From the NCBI GenBank assembly GCA_003133025.1, contig PKZK01000054.1, forward strand, positions 1 through 15,304: 15,304 bases of DNA. The letters run 5' to 3'. Below are positions 1-6,921 of the stretch, piece by piece. A model generated the notes under the pieces. The model searched no databases, was not told the origin of the DNA, and worked only from the letters and a program-made list of their open reading frames with translations. Numbering within the stretch: position 1 is the first letter of the stretch; every line of letters starts with the position of its first letter. The translations under genes were made by a program, and so were the position numbers. The DNA comes from Vulcanimicrobiota bacterium (GTDB lineage: Bacteria > Vulcanimicrobiota > Vulcanimicrobiia > Vulcanimicrobiales > Vulcanimicrobiaceae).

Positions 1-843
1 GTCTACGTGCCGCCGGGCGTCGAGGTCAAGACGCCGCTCCAGGCCTACTTCCGCATCAACACGGAAAACATGGGTCAATTCGAGCGCACCCTGATCATTG
101 CCGACAAAGGCTCGAAGGTTCACTACATCGAGGGTTGCACCGCACCGCAGTTCTCGACGGCATCGCTGCATTCGGCCGTCGTCGAGTTGATCGCGATGGA
201 AGGCGCCTCGATCCGCTACACGACGATTCAAAACTGGTATCGCAACATCTTCAACCTGGTCACCAAGCGCGCCGTGGCGTACAAGGACGCGACCGTCGAA
301 TGGGTCGACGGCAACATCGGCTCGCGCCTGACCATGAAGTATCCGGCCATCTACCTGATGGGCGAGGGCGCGCGCGGCGAGATCCTCTCGATGGCCTTCG
401 CCGGCGAGGGACAGCATCAGGACGCGGGCGCGAAGATCATCCACGCCGCGCCGAACACGACCTCGGTCGTGACCAATAAGTCGGTCAGCGCGCACGGCGG
501 CAAGACGACCTATCGCGGACTCGTCGAGATCTTCCCGGGCGCGGTCGGCGCGAAGACGCGCGTCAAGTGCGACGCGCTGATCATGGACGAGCAGTCCTCG
601 AGCGACACCAAGCCGACCATGAAGATCAACGAGCAGCGCTCGACCGTCGAGCACGAGGCCAGCGTCTCGAAGATCGGCGAAGAGCAACTGTTCTACGCGA
701 TGAGCCGCGGGCTCAGCGAAGCCGATGCGACGGCGATGATCGTCAACGGGTTCTTCGACTTCTTCGTCAAGGAGCTGCCGATGGAATACGCGGTCGAACT
801 CAATCGCCTGGTCAAGATGGAGATGGAAGGCGCCGTCGGCTGA
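1..843 (+). CDS. sufB: Fe-S cluster assembly protein SufB (5'-truncated by window edge)
   Basis: Typical SufB motifs: [78 protein letters not shown] end. Frame is open from base 1. Confidence 0.97.
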   Translation, partial: VYVPPGVEVKTPLQAYFRINTENMGQFERTLIIADKGSKVHYIEGCTAPQFSTASLHSAVVELIAMEGASIRYTTIQNWYRNIFNLVTKRAVAYKDATVEWVDGNIGSRLTMKYPAIYLMGEGARGEILSMAFAGEGQHQDAGAKIIHAAPNTTSVVTNKSVSAHGGKTTYRGLVEIFPGAVGAKTRVKCDALIMDEQSSSDTKPTMKINEQRSTVEHEASVSKIGEEQLFYAMSRGLSEADATAMIVNGFFDFFVKELPMEYAVELNRLVKMEMEGAVG

Positions 844-1139
844 GACCCGTCGCCAAACGTTCGGCGATCGCGCCGGGCACGACCAAACGCGTCGTCGCCG
901 GTGCGACCGCGGTCTTGCTCTGTAACGTCGCCGGAACGCTCTACGCGATCGAAGACGTCTGCACGCACGACGGCGGCGAACTCGATCAGGGCGAACTCGA
1001 CGGCTGCCGCATCATGTGCCCGCGTCACGGAGCGTATTTCGACGTCACCACCGGCGCGGCGCTGACCTTACCGGCGATCGTGCCCGTCGAAACCTTCCCG
1101 GTGCGCGTCGAGGGCGACGACGTTTACGTCGAAGCCTGA
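840..1139 (+). CDS. Rieske-type [2Fe-2S] ferredoxin (Suf-associated, dioxygenase ferredoxin subunit family)
   Basis: C-terminal part of ORF 567..1139 has the Rieske ligand motifs CTH (DVCTHDGG) and CPRH ([10 protein letters not shown]). Start placed at CTG 840 overlapping the sufB TGA; next alternative is TTG 915. Confidence 0.9.
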   Translation: MRPVAKRSAIAPGTTKRVVAGATAVLLCNVAGTLYAIEDVCTHDGGELDQGELDGCRIMCPRHGAYFDVTTGAALTLPAIVPVETFPVRVEGDDVYVEA

Positions 1140-2335
1140 CGAACTCTAGCCAATAACAGCGCGAAGAGCACGACGTTGCCCGCCGAGAGCAGATGCACCA
1201 CGGCGAGCACCTGCGGGTGGTGCGCGCCGCTCTGCAGGCCCGCGAGAATTGCCACCACATCGAGCGTGAAGATCGTGCCGAAGCCGGCCACGATCCAGCC
1301 GACGCTGCGCTCGACCAACGCCGCCAGCGTGCCCGCAACCAGCGCCGGAACGAGATAGCGTTCGTGCATGCGCGTCGCGAGCACGTAGGGCGCGGTGAGC
1401 GCAGCGGTCGTCACGAGCACGAGCGATCGCTCGTTGTCGCGTAACTGCCGCAGTGCAAAACCCACGGCGAGTGCGGTCAGCAGCAAGCCCCAGTAGCGAA
1501 CGGGCACGCCGAGCACGGGCGTCGCATCGCTGTGAAACGGCGGCCAGGCGATCGAATAGAGATTGAACGCACTGACCGTCGCAAACGGAATCTTTTCCAA
1601 GGCCGAGGCATAGCGCCCCGCGAGCCAGCCGACGACCTGGAGCGGTCCGGATGCCGGCGCGAAGGGCAGCGCGACGAAATACGCCAGCACGAACGCGGCC
1701 GCACCCCCGGCGCCCCAGGCCAGCAATGCGCGCGGGCCCAGGCGCCGCCACTGCCAGAGCGCGAGCACGGGGGCGAAGAGCAGCGCCTGCGGCTTGATCA
1801 GGAGCGCCGCGGCCAGCAGTATCCACGCTGAGACGGCGCGGTCCTCGAGCGCACACCAAAGTGCCAAGGCGAACGGGATGGCCGCGAGGGCATCGATCTG
1901 ACCCCAATACGCCGAGACCAGCCAAAAGGGCGGAGCGAAGAGGACGATCGCCGCCGCCGCGCGGCCGCCGTTCTCGCCGCGCAAGCGGCAGCCGATGCGG
2001 TACACGACCCAGGCCAAGACGAGATCGCCGGCGGCGCCCGGCGTCTTGATCGCGATTCGGAAAACGAGACCGCCCGCGACCGAGGCCGCGCCGAAGAGGG
2101 CGTCGTGCAGTTTGCCGATGCCCCAGAGGACGTAGAGGTACCCGGGCACGTAGTCGACCGGGGGCCGCACGGCCGGATCGAGGTAGATCGCCCGCGCTCC
2201 GCCGCGGGCCAAGGCCAGAGCCCAATGCTCGAAGGCCGTCACGTCGCCGCCGAAGCCCGGGAAGGGCAGCAAGGCCAGACGCAAGACCGCGCCCCAGAGC
2301 AGCCCCGTGCGGAACGCGGGCAAACGCATAAGCAC
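1124..2335 (-). CDS. Polytopic GT-C-fold membrane glycosyltransferase (ALG6/ALG8- or PIG-M/GT87-like bacterial homologue)
   Basis: Many hydrophobic segments; motifs G..D...F..W, DYVPGY (DYPP-like), SAYWGQID, LIKPQ, AFNLY, MHERY. Start GTG 2335 or ATG 2329. Confidence 0.75.
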   Translation of the reverse strand: MLMRLPAFRTGLLWGAVLRLALLPFPGFGGDVTAFEHWALALARGGARAIYLDPAVRPPVDYVPGYLYVLWGIGKLHDALFGAASVAGGLVFRIAIKTPGAAGDLVLAWVVYRIGCRLRGENGGRAAAAIVLFAPPFWLVSAYWGQIDALAAIPFALALWCALEDRAVSAWILLAAALLIKPQALLFAPVLALWQWRRLGPRALLAWGAGGAAAFVLAYFVALPFAPASGPLQVVGWLAGRYASALEKIPFATVSAFNLYSIAWPPFHSDATPVLGVPVRYWGLLLTALAVGFALRQLRDNERSLVLVTTAALTAPYVLATRMHERYLVPALVAGTLAALVERSVGWIVAGFGTIFTLDVVAILAGLQSGAHHPQVLAVVHLLSAGNVVLFALLLARVRQAST

Positions 2336-2457
2336 CCAACGTGCGCCTACCTAGCGCACCATTCCCGCAGGTGCGCCATTCGGGCCGGTCGCAGGACCTT
2401 CACGCGTTACGAACGTCGATAGTCCGGGCGCTCGCGAGGCGCTACGCTGTCGCTGAG

Positions 2458-3294
2458 ATGAAGACGACGCTGCTGATGTGTCCGCCGACCGAGTACCGCA
2501 TCGCATACGACATCAATCCCTGGATGTCGCGAAACGTCGGGCTCGCCACGCCCGACGCCGCACGCCAATGGGAGCGGCTCGTCGAAGTGTTGCAATGCGC
2601 GGGCGACGTCGAGATCGTGACGCTCGATCCGCAGCCGCACGTTCCCGACCTCGTGTTCACCGCAAACGCAGCGCTCATCAGCGGAAAACTCGCGATCACG
2701 AGCACCTTCCGGCATCCGCAACGGCGCCGCGAGCAGCCGCATTACCGCTCGGCGCTCGCGCGGCACGGCTTCGCCACGACCTCGCTGCAACAGACCTTCT
2801 TCGAAGGCGCGGGCGATGCGCTGTTCGATCGCGTGCGGCCCATCCTCTATGCGGGATACGGTTGGCGCAGCGAGCGCGCCGCCGCATTGCAATTGGGCGA
2901 AACGCTGCCGGTGCGCACCTTACCGTTGCTGCTCGTCGACGAACGCTTCTACCATCTCGATACCGCACTGTGCGCGCTGGGCAGCGGCCACGTGATGTAT
3001 TATCCCGACGCATTTTCGCCGCACGCGTTGCAGCAGTTGCGCCGCTCCGTGGAGCGCGAATACCTGATCGAGATCGCGCTCGAAGATGCGCTGGCCTTCG
3101 CTTGCAATTCCGTGGAGATCGGCGATGCGCTCGTGATGCATCACGCTTCACCCGCGCTGCGCTCGCGGCTCAACGCGGCCGGTTACCGCATTTTCCAGAC
3201 GGACCTCGGCGAGTTTCACAAAGCGGGCGGTTCGGCCAAGTGCCTGACCCTGCGGCTCGACGACGGCCCGGCCCAAGCCTCGGCCGCAGCTTAA
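2458..3294 (+). CDS. Amidinotransferase/DDAH (pentein) family enzyme, similar to the arginine dihydrolase domain of ArgZ/AgrE
   Basis: LMCPP..Y.I.Y.INPWM, PDLVFTANA, FEGAGDAL, FYHLDT, EFHKAGGSAKCLTL with catalytic His and Cys. ATG 2458 gives the family's usual N-terminus; the ORF-track extension from 2341 looks non-coding. Confidence 0.88.
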   Translation: MKTTLLMCPPTEYRIAYDINPWMSRNVGLATPDAARQWERLVEVLQCAGDVEIVTLDPQPHVPDLVFTANAALISGKLAITSTFRHPQRRREQPHYRSALARHGFATTSLQQTFFEGAGDALFDRVRPILYAGYGWRSERAAALQLGETLPVRTLPLLLVDERFYHLDTALCALGSGHVMYYPDAFSPHALQQLRRSVEREYLIEIALEDALAFACNSVEIGDALVMHHASPALRSRLNAAGYRIFQTDLGEFHKAGGSAKCLTLRLDDGPAQASAAA

Positions 3295-3302
3295 GGACGC
3301 TC

Positions 3303-3332
3303 GTGCCCGCCCCGCGAGAGGGGCCGGGCCAC
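3303..3332. repeat. GC-rich imperfect palindrome (REP-like or RNA hairpin)
   Basis: GTGCCCGCCCC-GCGAGA-GGGGCCGGGCCAC in the intergenic gap. Confidence 0.5.
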
Positions 3333-3359
3333 AAATGAAAAACCGGCTCCGTCACCGGC

Positions 3360-3806
3360 ATGTCTGATTCCGCTGCAAAGACCGGCGCGGCAAAGCTGGG
3401 CAAGCGCACCGCCGCCGTCAAAGCCTTGATCGAGTCGAAGCCCGGCGCGGAGGGCAAGCCGTTCGCGCCCGGCAAAAGCGCGCCGCCGCTCGTCGTCATC
3501 TACAAGGTGATGGGCAAGATGTTTGCCATCTTGTCCGTCCGCGGGGTCGAGGACGTGATCCTGAAGTGCGATCCGGCGTTGGCTGCGGCCCTCCGCGAGA
3601 AGTACGCGGGGGTCGGCCATCGCTCGCATCTCGACAAGAGGTTCTGGATCAGCGTTCGCCTCGATGCGGACGTGCCCGCGAAGGAGGTCCGGCACCTGGT
3701 CTCGCTCTCGTACGACCTCGTGTGCGCGGGCCTAACGGCGAAACAGCGGGCCGAACTGGCGCGCGCCGGGTCTGCCGACGGAGGGTCCGTCCTTTTGACA
3801 CGGTGA
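3360..3806 (+). CDS. MmcQ/YjbR family putative DNA-binding protein
   Basis: YKVMGKMFAI, LKCDP..A..LRE.Y, HLDKRFWISV, SYDLV..GL motifs. Confidence 0.88.
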   Translation: MSDSAAKTGAAKLGKRTAAVKALIESKPGAEGKPFAPGKSAPPLVVIYKVMGKMFAILSVRGVEDVILKCDPALAAALREKYAGVGHRSHLDKRFWISVRLDADVPAKEVRHLVSLSYDLVCAGLTAKQRAELARAGSADGGSVLLTR

Positions 3807-3823
3807 CCCCCGTATGGTAAGGT
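3795..3823 (+). promoter_or_regulatory. Sigma70/SigA-type promoter for rplU-prp
   Basis: TTGACA (3795-3800), 17 bp spacer, extended -10 TG-G-TAAGGT (3815-3823). Confidence 0.8.
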
Positions 3824-3832
3824 CTACCGGTT

Positions 3833-4153
3833 ATGTACGCGATCATCGAGGCGGACGGCAAGCAGTTCCGCGTGACCGAGGGTGAGACCATTCGCTGCGA
3901 CGCCATTTCGGCGGAAGTCGGCTCGGAGATCGCTTTCGAGAAGGTCATTTTGGCCAGCGCCGGCGGCGCGCACGTCACCGTGGGCCGGCCGCACGTCGAG
4001 GGCGCCCAGGTCAAGGGTACCGTCATCCGCCAAGCCAAGGCGAAGAAGATCCTGGTCTTCAAGTACAAGCCGAAGAAGCGCGAGCGCAAACTGACCGGCC
4101 ACCGCCAGCAGTACGCCGAAGTGCGCATCGACAAGATCGAGCTGCCCTCGTAA
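3833..4153 (+). CDS. rplU: 50S ribosomal protein L21 (bL21)
   Basis: MYAIIEADGKQFRV, VGRPHVEGA.V, KILVFKYKPKK...GHRQ. Confidence 0.98.
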   Translation: MYAIIEADGKQFRVTEGETIRCDAISAEVGSEIAFEKVILASAGGAHVTVGRPHVEGAQVKGTVIRQAKAKKILVFKYKPKKRERKLTGHRQQYAEVRIDKIELPS

Positions 4154-4163
4154 GAGGCGCGCC

Positions 4164-4514
4164 GTGGTCGAGGTAACGGTCCATCGAGACAGTCGCGAGC
4201 GGCTGTCTTCGTTTTTTGCCTCGGGCCACGCCGGCTGGGCCGATGCGGGCCAGGACGTGGTCTGCGCCGCGGTCTCGACGCTCTTGCAGGCGGCCTGGCT
4301 GGGCCTCGACCAGGTCGCGGGCGTCGCGGTCGAAGGCTCGAGGCGTTCCGGGAACCTGACCCTCGCCTGGCCCGAGGCCGCGCGCGACGACACCGCGGTC
4401 CGAGCGATCGTCGAGACGGTCGCCCGCTCGATCGAAACCCTCGCCGCGCAATTTCCGGCTCACGTAAAAGTCGCAGTCGCACGCACCGAGACGGGCCTTT
4501 CGGACGACGGGTAA
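4164..4514 (+). CDS. prp: Ribosomal-processing cysteine protease Prp (YsxB/DUF464)
   Basis: SGHAG and GQDVVCAAVS motifs with catalytic His and Cys; directly after rplU; GTG start preceded by AAGAGG. Confidence 0.9.
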   Translation: MVEVTVHRDSRERLSSFFASGHAGWADAGQDVVCAAVSTLLQAAWLGLDQVAGVAVEGSRRSGNLTLAWPEAARDDTAVRAIVETVARSIETLAAQFPAHVKVAVARTETGLSDDG

Positions 4515-4546
4515 ACACCGGCAGCCGTAGCGAAGTACAAGAGACC

Positions 4547-4807
4547 ATGACGGACATCTACAAGCCGATCAACGACGGGCCGGAAACGCACTCGTCGAGC
4601 AACAGCAGCAACAACCTCCCGCCGGCTTCAACGGGCAAGGAAGCTTCGCGCACGCTCCTGGCGGGCGTGGTCGGGGGCGTGGTCTCGGCGGCGGGGTACC
4701 TGATTTACTCGCGTCTTCCCGAGGACCAGAAGGACCGGCTGCACCAGCAGGTTCGCACGCTGGTCGAATCGCGCCTCAACGAACTGCGCGGGCGCTTCAA
4801 CATCTAG
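4547..4807 (+). CDS. Small hypothetical protein with one Gly/Ala-rich hydrophobic helix and a charged helical tail (YtxH-like architecture)
   Basis: 86 aa, GC3-biased codons, LLAGVVGGVVSAAGYLIY segment followed by an amphipathic tail. Confidence 0.7.
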   Translation: MTDIYKPINDGPETHSSSNSSNNLPPASTGKEASRTLLAGVVGGVVSAAGYLIYSRLPEDQKDRLHQQVRTLVESRLNELRGRFNI

Positions 4808-4824
4808 GCTCTGTCCGCGCCGGC

Positions 4825-5106
4825 TCAGGGCGCGGGCGGCGTTTCACCGTGTACGGGCCCGGGCTCGGCGACCGCGGGATGCGGCGCCGGCGTCGGGTCC
4901 GCATAGTGTTCGACGGGGCTGCGAGCGGGTTCGCGCGTCTCCGCTTCGTCGGCCGCACGCTCCATCTCTCGGATGAACGACTGCGAGGTGAGTTGCACTT
5001 CGCGCACGACGTTGCCGACCTTGCGGGCAACCTTCGGCAATTGATCGGGACCAAAGAAGAGCAGCGCCGCCGCTCCGATCACGATCATGTCAACCGGTGA
5101 AAGCAA
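4825..5106 (-). CDS. Twin-arginine translocase TatA/TatB family subunit
   Basis: N-terminal TM then FGPDQLP hinge, amphipathic helix (KVARKVGNVVREV), Pro-rich tail; AAGGAA just upstream of the TTG start. Confidence 0.88.
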   Translation of the reverse strand: MLSPVDMIVIGAAALLFFGPDQLPKVARKVGNVVREVQLTSQSFIREMERAADEAETREPARSPVEHYADPTPAPHPAVAEPGPVHGETPPAP

Positions 5107-5159
5107 AGGGTTCCTTACCTCGGACGGCCAATTTCAGTGGTCCCCCAACCGCGGCGAGC

Positions 5160-5696
5160 ATGGATCAGCTTACTCGAAGGGCAGGCGTCGGCTTCTTGAA
5201 GATCATCTACACGCGCGGCAATCGGACCGAGACGCTGGCTTCGATTTCGACCCTTCGGAAGATTCTCGGCCGATTCGTCCGGCACCGGGTTTTCTACGAA
5301 ATTTCTTCGCGCAACCGGCGCGGCCACGAGTTCTTCTCCACGAAGAACACGTTGATCGTCGGGTCGATCGAGGTCGTCAACCGGGATTACCTGACGATCA
5401 CCATCTTCGACGCGCACAATTCCACCCACTCGATCGAAATCCTGAACCCGTCGGCGATGCGCATCTACGACGAGACGATGGGCAAGGGCTTCGCGGTCTC
5501 ATTTCTCTCGGAGTCGCCCGGCGACGTCGAGACGCGATGCTACCTGCGCGACGAAGGCGACGCCGGCGACGGCATCGGCGAACGGAGCGAACTCGACAAG
5601 ATCTCGCTGCCCCAACTCTTCGAATACCTCGAGGAGATCACGCAGGTCCAGGGGATCGCCGCCCCGCCGCTCGCTCCGCCGCACGCAACGCTCTGA
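5160..5696 (+). CDS. Hypothetical soluble protein, family not recognised
   Basis: Strong C/G third-position bias and normal globular composition. Start uncertain: ATG 5160 or TTG 5196; the track start 5097 overlaps tat. Confidence 0.7.
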   Translation: MDQLTRRAGVGFLKIIYTRGNRTETLASISTLRKILGRFVRHRVFYEISSRNRRGHEFFSTKNTLIVGSIEVVNRDYLTITIFDAHNSTHSIEILNPSAMRIYDETMGKGFAVSFLSESPGDVETRCYLRDEGDAGDGIGERSELDKISLPQLFEYLEEITQVQGIAAPPLAPPHATL

Positions 5697-6138
5697 CCGA
5701 GCCGGCGCGGTCGCCGAGCGCGCGCAGCGCCGCGGCCAGGTTGGAGTGGGCCAGCGCATAGGTCCCGTCCGCGCGTAGCGCGGCGCGATAGTAGTCGACC
5801 GCGTCCCGGGCATGCCCCGACTCCAACAGCGCGTTGCCCACGTTGACGAGCGCCGGCGCCGACGTCTCGTGGCATTCCAGCGCGACGCAGAACGCTTCGA
5901 ACGCCGCATCGGCACGGCCGAGCGCGCGCAGCGCCACGCCGCGCTTGTTGTGCACCAGCGCCCGGGCCGGCTCGTCGGCGGCTTCGCGCAGCGCCTCCTC
6001 CAACGCCACGAGCGCCTCGCCCGGCCTGCCGCGCTCCAGGAGCACGACCGCCCGGGCGAAGGCGTCCGGGGCCGCGGGCGGCCCGGCGAACCATCCACGG
6101 AAATCGAACGGCCCGAGGCGCGGTCGCGAAGAACTCAT
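5638..6138 (-). CDS. Tetratricopeptide repeat protein (~3-4 TPRs)
   Basis: TPR-like units ALVHNKRGVALRALGRADAA, ALVNVGNALLESGHARDA..YYRAAL, LAHSNLAAALRALGDRAGS. Confidence 0.85.
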   Translation of the reverse strand: MSSSRPRLGPFDFRGWFAGPPAAPDAFARAVVLLERGRPGEALVALEEALREAADEPARALVHNKRGVALRALGRADAAFEAFCVALECHETSAPALVNVGNALLESGHARDAVDYYRAALRADGTYALAHSNLAAALRALGDRAGSVRALRAAERAAGRRSPGPA

Positions 6139-6146
6139 CCCGGCAG

Positions 6147-6839
6147 ATGTTACGAGTCGAGGTCGTTACGCTCTTCCCCGAACTGCTCGGCCCGGCGGTC
6201 TCGCTGTCGATCCTGGGCCGCGCTCGCGAGCGGGGCCTGGTCGACGTGCGGCTGCACAACGTGCTCGACGCGCTCGGCCCGGCCGAACGCGCCGACGACC
6301 GGCCGTACGGCGGCGGACCGGGCATGGTCATGCGGGTCGAGCCGATCGCCCGGATCCTCGACCACATCCTCGCCGAAGCGCCGCCCGAGGAGCGCCGCGC
6401 GCTCATCGTGACCTCGCCCGCCGGCCGCTCCTTCCGCCAGGCCGACGCGGAGCACTTCGCCGGGCTGGAACGCCTGATCATCGTCTGCGGGCGCTATGAG
6501 GGCATCGACGAACGGCTGGTGACGCTCTACGGGGCCGAGGAGGTGTCGCTCGGCGATTTCGTGCTCACCGGCGGCGAAATTCCGGCCCTGGCCTTCCTCG
6601 ATGCCACGGTTCGGCTGCTCGACGGGGCCTTGAACCCGGCCTCGCTCGAGGCCGAATCGTTCACCGGGGCGAGCTTGGACGCGCCGGCCTACACCCGTCC
6701 GCCGACCTTCCGCGACGAGGCCGTTCCCGAGGTCCTGCTTTCCGGCGACCACGCCAAAATCGCGGCCTGGCGCCGCGAACAGTCCCGGGCCAGGACGGCC
6801 GCGCGCCGCCCGGACCTGGACGGGCCGCCCCGGCCGTGA
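6147..6839 (+). CDS. trmD: tRNA (guanine37-N1)-methyltransferase TrmD
   Basis: [60 protein letters not shown]. Confidence 0.98.
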   Translation: MLRVEVVTLFPELLGPAVSLSILGRARERGLVDVRLHNVLDALGPAERADDRPYGGGPGMVMRVEPIARILDHILAEAPPEERRALIVTSPAGRSFRQADAEHFAGLERLIIVCGRYEGIDERLVTLYGAEEVSLGDFVLTGGEIPALAFLDATVRLLDGALNPASLEAESFTGASLDAPAYTRPPTFRDEAVPEVLLSGDHAKIAAWRREQSRARTAARRPDLDGPPRP

Positions 6840-6845
6840 TATTAT
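6817..6845 (+). promoter_or_regulatory. Putative internal sigma70-type promoter for rplS
   Basis: TGGACG (6817-6822), 17 bp, TG-A-TATTAT (6837-6845) overlapping the trmD stop codon; AT-rich patch in GC-rich DNA. Confidence 0.65.
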
Positions 6846-6850
6846 CGCGG

Positions 6851-6921
6851 GGTTGTCCCCGAGAGGGCCCCGGGCCGCTTCGCGCCCGCGGATGCTGCAG
6901 AACGTCGGAACCAGGAAAGCT
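6851..6921 (+). promoter_or_regulatory. Structured rplS 5' leader, possible L19-leader-like element
   Basis: Hairpins CCC-GAGA-GGG and CGGGC...GCCCG; CCGCT...GAACGTC motif pair; SD-like AGGAAA at 6913-6918. Confidence 0.4.

Noticed and set aside
567..839. Long N-terminal extension of the Rieske ORF
   Set aside because: Out-of-frame read of sufB with no protein-like character.
1146..2339. 397 aa alternative-frame ORF on the minus strand
   Set aside because: Arg/Gly/Pro-rich shadow of the glycosyltransferase frame, typical of high-GC DNA.
2341..2457. 39 aa N-terminal extension of the amidinotransferase
   Set aside because: Family N-terminus begins at ATG 2458; the extension would fill the divergent promoter region.
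3335..3367. 10-codon ORF MKNRLRHRHV as a leader peptide
   Set aside because: No SD and no attenuator logic for the downstream gene; likely chance.
5638..5696. 59 nt convergent overlap of two CDS ends
   Set aside because: Both tails are low-complexity; such overlaps are common where stop codons are scarce.
6857..6876. Similarity of CCCCGAGAGGGCCCCGGGCC to the palindrome at 3310-3330
   Set aside because: Short, GC-rich and gapped; explained by independent GAGA-loop hairpins.
6853..6921. N-terminal extension of L19 as a possible Prp substrate
   Set aside because: SD sits before ATG 6922, the TTG lies at the predicted TSS, and there is no resemblance to the L27 cleavage motif.
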